NCBI GenBank assembly: GCA_000320545.1
Contig: ADNK01000748.1
Coordinates: forward strand, 1 to 53,646
Source of the DNA: Bigelowiella natans CCMP2755
Lineage: Eukaryota > Protista > Cercozoa
Reading direction: 5' to 3'
DNA length: 53,646 bases
A program made the position numbers and the translations under genes. The notes below the pieces were generated by a model. The model had not been told where the DNA came from, searched no databases, and was given only the letters and a program-made list of their open reading frames with translations. Shown one piece after another: positions 44,520 to 53,646 of this stretch (positions within the stretch are counted from its first letter, which is position 1; every line of letters begins with the position of its first letter).

Positions 44520-46199
44520 TTAGCGGCGTCTTGCACTGCTGGTCCTTCCTCCATGATAACCTCCGTCGTAATTGTCATCAAGGCCATCTTGTGTCATTGG
44601 GCTGGTCATTGGGTACCTGCAAATTAATATAATTCATCTCTTAGAATTTCTCAGAGCTTCATCCTGCGTGAAAGAAGAATGTACTTCGAATCGAATTCCG
44701 CCGCCAATCGTTGCATTTCCATGCGATTCGACTCACCGGCCCTCACTCCTTTATGCATACGCAAGCCTGACAAAGCACATCGTGTTGCGATTACAAAGAA
44801 ATAAATGGATGTCAAATCAGAGTATTTGCCTACATAGTGGCAACTCGCAAAATACCTAGAAACTGCCTCAGGAAGCTTTCCCTATTGTATCGAACGAAAG
44901 CGCACAGCGTGATGAGCACCATGGTTGCGCCGATTAGAGCCCCTGAGGTGCAAGTCGAGGAGTTCGGTTACTTACTACAACAAAAGAAATGAAGCGAAGG
45001 CAGCTCTTGGAAGAGGACGAGACAGCAGAACAACACCGCGGAGGATCGTCGTTATTCATGAAGGGAAAAATAAAACAGGGAAAATGCAGCTTTGCTCATC
45101 TCTTCGCCGAAAATTTCACGAATCTGAAAGAGGAGGGAAGTCTTGACGTGTTGCGCGTGTGCGGCAATAGCCTTCAACACGCAGCAGCAACTTAGTGCAT
45201 ACATGTCCCGCTCTGCTGTAACACTAATGGTGTTGTGCAGTAGGAAAAGGCCATCTTGCCCGTCATTTGACACTTAAGAAATCTTTGCCATTATAAGAAT
45301 GCATGGTCATCGAGCGTTCTACTCACCAAGTATTCCCTGTGCAAGGCCAGCCGCGCCATTCCCGTCTCTGTTGTTGCCCGTCAATACCTAGAGATTTAGG
45401 TAGACTATACATCACAAACACAAAGGTTTCCGATCTTCCGCTAGCAAGCTCTCTCCCCCCTTCTCTCTCTCCCCCTCCCATTGCATTCAACACTACCGGA
45501 AGATGTCCGGGCGACATCATGCGCCAGCCTGCCATCGCACCTGTAAGTATTGGTAAGATCAGTGATGATTCACAAGACCAGCAGCAGTAGTTGAGAGCAT
45601 GGTCAAATATAGAAGTAGTAGGAGGGTGCAGGACGTTCTACTCAGGGTTACTACTACACTACTACTACTTAGTACTGGTACTTACTACTACCATGATGAT
45701 GCTGAATGTGGACGACGTTCCCCACAGCGTACTTGGTCCACTTACCACTCTAACGATAAACCAGAGGAGGAGGAGGAGGAGGAGGAAAAAATAAAGAGAG
45801 TCAAAGGACAAAGAAAATAGAAGAAGATGAGGAGGGAAAAGAAAGGGGGGGAATTGGATGAAGCGGGTGTCTTGAGAGAAGCTCTAATAATCATATGATC
45901 GAATGATGCCGATATCTACCTTGAGTGATGATTTCTTGCTGGTCAAAATCCATCGAAGGCGATTGAACAGCTTCTCCGGTGACTCGTCCACCTGATATTG
46001 TTCCAACGACGACGACGACGACGAGGAGGATTATGAAAGTGAAATATGAAGCGGATCAAGACGATGGCGCGCATTCGTCCATACACAGTAGAACCCAATC
46101 TCTCTCCTGGCATATGACATGCCAATCCTCAGCACTCCGAAAAGAGAAAAAGCATCATCATCATCGTCGTCGTCGTCGTTAACACTAAGATCCCTCTCT

Positions 46200-46244
<45 letters not shown>

Positions 46245-46746
46245 ATCCTTTACCGCCCTTATCCCAGTCTCCTTCCAGGATATCAAATACCAGCATCACC
46301 CTATCTCTCTTCGTGTTTTCCTCGTATTTAATAAATTTGAACCGAGAGACGTCCTCGCCTAGAGATTAAGAAGGTGATAAACATTGGGGGAGGGAGCTTT
46401 GAGGGGAAGTAGTAGTATGAGTGATAGATGCAATACATAATTAGAATATCTCACCCCCCCCCCCCCCCTCTCCCTCTCTGTGCAGTTGCTGCCTCTGATG
46501 TCGTCATTTATCCTATCATTCTCCACACTTCCTTCCATACGCGCATTCGTTCATCTCTTCTCCCCCCCCCCTCTCTCTCACCAAGAGCCTCGGCGATGGA
46601 GCTGAGAAATTCGGCTTGAAAATCGATCTTTGTGGCGTTTTCCTTGAGCGCTTGAGCGACCTAATGCGGAGACCAGCGGCAGGACAAGTAAACAACAATA
46701 GTTAAGGAGGAGAGCAGTATCATCTAGCCACCACCATCATTACCAC

Positions 46747-46779
<33 letters not shown>

Positions 46780-48707
46780 GATTATTCATCCATCCATCAC
46801 CTCTTCTGTGTTGTGGATAGGGAAGCCAACACGCAGGTGGTGAGGCATAATGTCTATGTCTTCATCATCAACGTCCACCCCCCGCTCGCTGGAGGAGAAA
46901 GCAGGGCAGTAGGAAGAAGAAGAAGAAGAAGAAGAAGAAGAAGAAGAAAAGAAAGAAAGTTGAAGAGAAGAACAAACAATGCTGATGGTAGTAATGGCCC
47001 ATACGAAAACGATAAAAAACTAAAATTATCATCCCACTCGTGTAAATACAATAACTACTACTACTACTACTACTACTACTATTGATACAATGGTGACGTC
47101 GTCTGACACATCATACGCACCGAGTGCAAGAGTTGATTTGTAAACAATGGACAAGTTCCTTGACTTCTCGGGACTCTCCACCGTCGCCCTTTTTCTTTCA
47201 TATGATGACGAAGAACAAGAAGAAGAAGACCACGAAGAAACATATAACAACAACAACAACAACAAGGAGAACGAACGAGGACGGTAAGAATGAATGAAAG
47301 AGTACGATGATGATGATGATGATGATGGGGAGAGGGGGGGGTTCTCTCGCCTTGGTTGGCGATCGTACGCAGCAAATGGTGAGAAATGCCCCCACCCCCA
47401 TTCTCGCCTCACCCCCCCTTCACCCTCTACAGGGTAGTACCCTGTTTGCTGCGACGAAGTCCTGGCAATTCTTGAGGCATTCTTTTCTACTGCCGCTCTC
47501 CGCACAACTTGTGTTACCTAGAAGATCGCGTAATTATTATCCGAACAAGAGGAAAATCCAAAAAACTCGTGGACGGCGCTACAGCTCTGCGATACTGCGA
47601 AATGCGTTTGATTTATATCCTCACGCTCGAAGGCTTTTCCTCTGCATAGCTACTACATCTTCTAGTGCGATTGGTAGTGGGCATTGCGTGTATAATGGAT
47701 GGAACAATGATTCGGTTGGTTACTTGCGAGGCAAACGAGCATGCTGAGGCACTGGTCATCCCACTCACAGGCTGAGAGGGTGTCGTGGCAGTTCTCGTCT
47801 GCGCATACCTTCGAGACGGGGAAAACGAGAAAGAAGAAGAAGAAGAAGATTGTGATGAAAGAAGGATTTGGGTGAGCTTTAAAGCATATCTATAGCGTCG
47901 CAACAGTAATGAGTAGGAATAGAGGACAGGGCAGTCTTCCACCGTAGTTAGCTAGTGCCACCATATAAATTATCATTATTGCGCGTGTGTTTGTTGAAGG
48001 AGGGGGGGAGCTGCACACCAGTAAAGGGGAGGCAGTTGCACCATAGAAGCGATAAGGAGCGTGGACACTGGCACCCTCCTTCAAGTAGCAGCTGGCGTTG
48101 TTTGAAGGCTATTGTTGAGATAATGAAGATATCAGGGCAATAAGACTATCAGTGATAACTCCAAAGGAGAAAGAGAGTGAGAGGGAGAGAGAGCGTGAGA
48201 GAAAGAGGTCTCTGTAATAGATCAGATTGCGTGAAACCAAAAAAGCAAACAACGCCATCGTGATTGTTTCTGATATGTTATGTTGTGTGGTGTTGTGCTG
48301 TGTTGTGATGGTCGTCGTGGCACGTTCTCGTTTTTCGTCGGTTCTCTTATTTATATAATTGCAACCAATGTTCTTACTTACCGACTGCACGGTTTTTACG
48401 ATCTCGCAGCGATCATTGTCGTCGTGGTCGTGTAGGTTTCGAAACTCAGGGCCTTGAAACCTAACAACGGGATAGATAGATGGATGAATGGATGATTCTG
48501 GAAGGAAATAGATAGTAGCGAGCAGTTATTATGCCTCCTTGCAGAACAGGAGACCCTTAGTAGCAGGAGAGTAAGAAACACGCGGTCGTTCATCACCACC
48601 ATCATCGCCATCAATCTCCTCCCATACTACTACTCTGGATTTCTACATTTCTCGTCGCTGGCCTATATGCACGTACAGCCTGCAGAACCTACGTGTGCGT
48701 GGAGAGA

Positions 48708-48759
<52 letters not shown>

Positions 48760-49163
48760 TACGAGGGGGGAAATTGAAAACTTTGGATGATGAAGAGGAG
48801 AGGAAGCGCAGAGAAGAAGTAGGGAGGGGGACGATGTAAATGGAGAAACATTACCCGGATTTGGGATCATAGGCAAGCGAGCGACAACTGACACCAAGCT
48901 CTGTGCACTTACTGGCACATTGAGATGACGAGATCTTCCCATCTGCTCCTTCTCTATGAGAATAAAGATCGACGTATGAAGGAGACCCGCCGTTGTGACA
49001 CCGACACTCTCCCTTCTTCAGCCAAGAGTAGCCACCACCCATTTCCACCTCACTCTCCACGGAGTTGTCATTGAAGCGGAACACGCCCAGCTCGTCCTCG
49101 CACAGGTTGTGTTTTCCTGAGAAGTGGTAGAGTAGTAGCAGTTTTGATGATGATGATGATGAC

Positions 49164-49197
<34 letters not shown>

Positions 49198-49680
49198 GCG
49201 GTGGTGAGGAGGAGGAAGGATATCCATATGTAATTCTCAGTATCATCATCATCATCATCATCACCGATATAGGTCTTGTTTTGGCGGTGGAAGATGCCAT
49301 CCAGAGCTGCAAGACCATTTCCTTCGCACGTATGGAAGAAAAGCAGAAGTAGTAGAGGAAGAAGTAGCAGCGGCAGAACATAGTATTGTTAGTTACAAAC
49401 TACTTTCCATATCCCTCATCATTATGATTACGAACAAGAGAACGATTTAACACAAGATGATGACTGAAAGATTGGAAAGAAGAATAAGCCTTGGTACTAT
49501 TGGGGGGGGTAAGCAGCACTCCGTAATACGTCCATTGAACACTATCACTCGCACCACCACCATTACCCCGTGACATCTTTTGAGACTGGTCGTAAGCCCA
49601 ACCTGAAGAGGGAGGGGGGGGGGGGGGGGGAGCATTACGATATTTCGACAAACAGACGTGTGTGCTTCGAGTGTATGGAT

Positions 49681-49716
<36 letters not shown>

Positions 49717-50456
49717 GTAAATACAACGCAGCAGCAACAAGCAGAATGCAGAGCAATAATCCCAATCGAGACTCTCAAACTACTACCTAGAGGATGCAGC
49801 ACAAGCTTCCCAGATTGGTAGTCGTATGAGCCCTTCAAAGCTTCCACCTTTGGTAGTAGTAGTAATAGTAGTAGTATTAGCAGTAGCAGCATCATCATGT
49901 TTATGCATCCGTCAAAGCCTATTTTTAGTCCGAAATGATAAGAATTTCGCCGAGTCTCTCAAAACATGCGAGAAAGCTGGGCTAGAGAAATCATTTTTCA
50001 TTTATGTTCTTTTCATCTCGTATAGAGTGCGGATAACCCACTACTGCTTCCTTTATTCTCCACCTATTCATTCGTTCATTCATTCATTCATTTATTTATT
50101 GATTCATCCATACATTGCCCTCTGGTATCTTGGTCGATTCGTCCGCACAGCACACCACTCGAGCCTTATCATTGTTGTTGTTGTTGTTGTTGTTTTAGTG
50201 TTGTTAGCACGAGGAAAAATGTAGGATGTCGTACATGCACGATAGCAACTACAGAGAGGCGGGGGGGGGGGGGTTAGCGAATACAAGCGCAGATTGAAAA
50301 GAATAACACAGCATGAGTTGTTAGTAACGACGGCGTAATACCTTCTGCCCCTTCTTAACACATCTCGCTTTGCTGGCGGCTACGATCTCACTCTTCGACG
50401 CGGGGTGGTGTAAGGGGGGGGGGATCTGTAGCACGGGAGAATGGACGCCGCATATC

Positions 50457-50499
<43 letters not shown>

Positions 50500-50526
50500 C
50501 TTAGCACACATAATGCAAGTACAATC

Positions 50527-50562
<36 letters not shown>

Positions 50563-51041
50563 ATACGTATGTGAGTCGTATTTTTGCGTTGTTGTGTTAA
50601 AAGTACCTGTAGCCCGAACTCAACAGCTAAATGCGTGCCATTTTGGCATACTTCCCCTGGTAGATAGAAGGTGTGTGTTACTGTTGTTCTAGCTGTCTTT
50701 TTGCCGAAATATCGTCATCAATCATATTCATTTTCACTGACATCATTATCGTCGCCGTCGTTTTTATCGTTGTGATTTCGTTGTTCTTGATGTTGATGAT
50801 AAAATTGTGAGTTTGTTTGTTGATTGTTCCTACCAGTCCAGACGATCTCTCCCTTTTTGATTGGGCACTCCTTCTTATCGTTCAGCATTAGCACTTCTGC
50901 TCGACGACAAACAAGTACAATACCATCTATCAGGAACCTCATCACCTCCTCATCTACTCATCATGCTGTTCTTCTTCTTCCTCCTCCTCCTCCTCTCATC
51001 ATCATCATCACCATCGTCATCGTGGTCCACGATGATGAACA

Positions 51042-51081
<40 letters not shown>

Positions 51082-51201
51082 AGAGAGAGGGGGGAGGAAT
51101 GGGTGGGGTGAGACCAAATTTCCACCTTTTGGCGAGCACATTCTTGCACCGTTCGTCTGACAAAAGCCGTTAGCACTTCTATACACCATATCTTGCCCAC
51201 C

Positions 51202-51249
<48 letters not shown>

Positions 51250-51593
51250 GGCATTCGTGTTGGTAAGTTGCTGCTGCTATACCGAGCTTTCTTCTGGAAT
51301 AAGAATTTTGCTAGATGTGAATGTAGTAACGACTTGAAGTATTTGCGCAACATTGATTCATTCATTCGTTTGTTCGTGCATCGATGCATCACACATCATC
51401 CTGGGAGAGCACCGACGTTGTCGCTCCCATTCCGTATTATGACCGAAAGGAGAACACGAGAAACTACAGCAATCAACTTACATTTGATCCCGGACATGCA
51501 CGACAAGGAGGGGGGCTTGTAAAGTTCCAGTCCCGACACCTGATGATGATGATGATCATCATCGGCATTATTCATTACAACGTGGCCAAGGGG

Positions 51594-51640
<47 letters not shown>

Positions 51641-51883
51641 AAAAAGAGAGAGGGGCACTTGAGAGTGTATTGTCCAAGGAAAACACTAACATTATTGGCC
51701 GCAGCGAGGCGGGCTAGCGAATGTAAAACTTCCTCGCGCTTCTCTTCGGCCTGGGATACATCCAACACCACGCACATTGGAACGCACGTGAATCAGAAGG
51801 TATATAACGTTCATACAGAGAATAATCATTATCTGAGATATTCCAGATTTGTCAGTAACATTTCTAATGCTATCCACAAAACA

Positions 51884-51937
<54 letters not shown>

Positions 51938-52377
51938 CATTAATGGGTGCAGCAGTAGCAGCAGCAGTGAGCTACAAAGCACATCATCGTAATTATGAAT
52001 ACCTCTGGGAGCGTCATAACCCCGAAGGTGTCATCTAGAACCTATCTCCATCATCATCACCACCACCAGCAGTAGCAAAAGGAGAAGACATAGACACAAC
52101 AACCAAACACAGTGTTCCACAAACAAAATGATGATTCATGAAGCACACAGGTGTCAGGTGTAAGAAACGATTTTCGTCGCAAATAACTTTAACAGAAAAA
52201 ACTCGCTGCATGATTTGCTTATACCCATATGAGTCATATGTGTTTGTTATTCTTTTAGGATTGGAGGGGAGAGGGGAGAGGACTGCAACGGAGGAGGAGT
52301 TATTGTGCTAACCCTCTTCGCCTTGTCGTACTTGAACTTTGCAACCAAGCCCTAGTATAGTATAGATCCACACACGT

Positions 52378-52420
<43 letters not shown>

Positions 52421-53400
52421 AGTGGGGGGGGAGTCATGGGGAAAAAGGTAAGGAAGGGGTTTTGGTGTCAAGACACAATTCGAAACACAAAAATGCTGCG
52501 ATCAAATAATTACTACATCAAAACATGTTTTATGGTGGAAAAGAATTGTCATCATTTGAGAAGCCCATTACAATCCATCAGTATATTTTAATGTGACCTC
52601 ATGCATCTTGACTCCGAACTCGCCTGTGGTAAAGGTGAGGAATAAGAATGCATCACATCATCATCATCATCACTATCATCCTTTTACCTTTCGCAACATA
52701 CGCCTCTAGTCCCTTCTCAGTCTGAACGTACCTGGTGAGGACGTGTTAGGTGGTAAATTAGTGGGGAAGGGGAAACACAATATGATGATGATCAATCGAA
52801 TCGTCAGACAAAAAAAACGATCGTGTCCTTCTTAATGCTGCTGAGTATCCGAAGACTTATGGAACAACGACGATGATGATAACGGCGGCCACTATGTGGA
52901 TGTGAACGAAGCAGCACACGGTCCAATACTACATACTACTTCGCCTTTCAAGCAACAATGACAGCCTCATCGTCGTCACCACTGCCTGACAATGCTCTCC
53001 GTATTTTGTGTATGGGCAGAATTGTAAATTCTATAAAATAAATGCAGTAGTAGCAATAGCAGTAGCAATAGCAGGAGCAATAGCAGTAGCAGCGGCGGCG
53101 GGTTCAGCACGTATTCGTGTCCCCATCCGAATCTGTAAACTTAACGATCTCCCGGAACATCTTCGCATTTGACCTGAGAGTAGTAGTAGAATAACACGAG
53201 GAGGAGGGGAGAGGAAAAGTTGCTTCTTCGATGTAGCAAATAGAAGATAATCGCTAGGATGATGCCCATCTCGACTAACAATAGCACGAGGCCTGGGAAG
53301 TGATGGTTGGCTATTTCCCCCACCCTGTGATTCATGCAGCAGAAAGTTGAACAAAGCACCCCACACCCATGCAGAGGGGGGGCACGAGACGCGCGCGCAC

Positions 53401-53441
<41 letters not shown>

Positions 53442-53646
53442 CACATGCACATATGCACTAATACGCAACTTACCAGCCTAGCTGCTTGCAGGATTTCAAG
53501 CTGACAGCATGCTTTGGGAGAAGAAGAGGGTTGGATGATGACCCATGTTCATCGTCGTCGCTATCTTCTACGTTGGATCCTGCGGCTGGAAAGTTGGTCG
53601 GGGAGGGGGGAGTGGATTGTTTTTCGGGTGCTTATAAGTAACACGA
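44520..53646 (-). CDS. Large multi-exon Cys-rich, probably type-I membrane/extracellular protein with a PAN/Apple-like domain; 5' end probably outside the window, and it may be more than one gene
   Basis: Short exons between SSR-rich introns: SANGFCQTNGARMCS, ECPIKKGEIVWTG, ARVVCCAD, SQCASKCTELGVSCRSLAYDPKS..ASCYLK (PAN-like), TM-like GALIGATMVLITLCAFV (~44890-44945) and a last exon ending SSARRR* at 44520-44522. Confidence 0.55.

Overview
Eukaryotic nuclear DNA: gene-dense and intron-rich, with microsatellite-filled introns. Signal-peptide-like leaders on RNA helicases suggest a secondary-plastid alga such as a chlorarachniophyte, but the organism is inferred, not shown. Host genes decoded by hand across exons: a DDX5/DBP2-like DEAD-box helicase (-), a ZIP metal transporter (+), a multidomain RBR E3 ligase (+), a FAD-monooxygenase pseudogene (-), a hypothetical protein (+), a zf-CW/ARID chromatin protein (-), phytanoyl-CoA dioxygenase (+), a DDX55/Spb4-like helicase (-), a HECT E3 ligase (+) and a large Cys-rich PAN/Apple membrane protein (-, partial). 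An intact, very young Ty3/Gypsy LTR retrotransposon sits at 10253-15968 (identical 326-bp LTRs, TAGC target-site duplication). Two observations stand out. (1) Non-functional DNA shows a localized TpA->TpG/CpA hypermutation signature, the reverse of fungal RIP. It appears as TpA-free deserts of up to ~660 nt, and paralogous segments within the window show its direction (7 of 8 alignable TA sites converted in the dead copy). (2) The Gypsy polyprotein ends in a degenerate DIRS/Dam-type adenine-methyltransferase-like domain where a chromodomain would normally sit. All counts and alignments were done by eye; exon boundaries are approximate unless stated.
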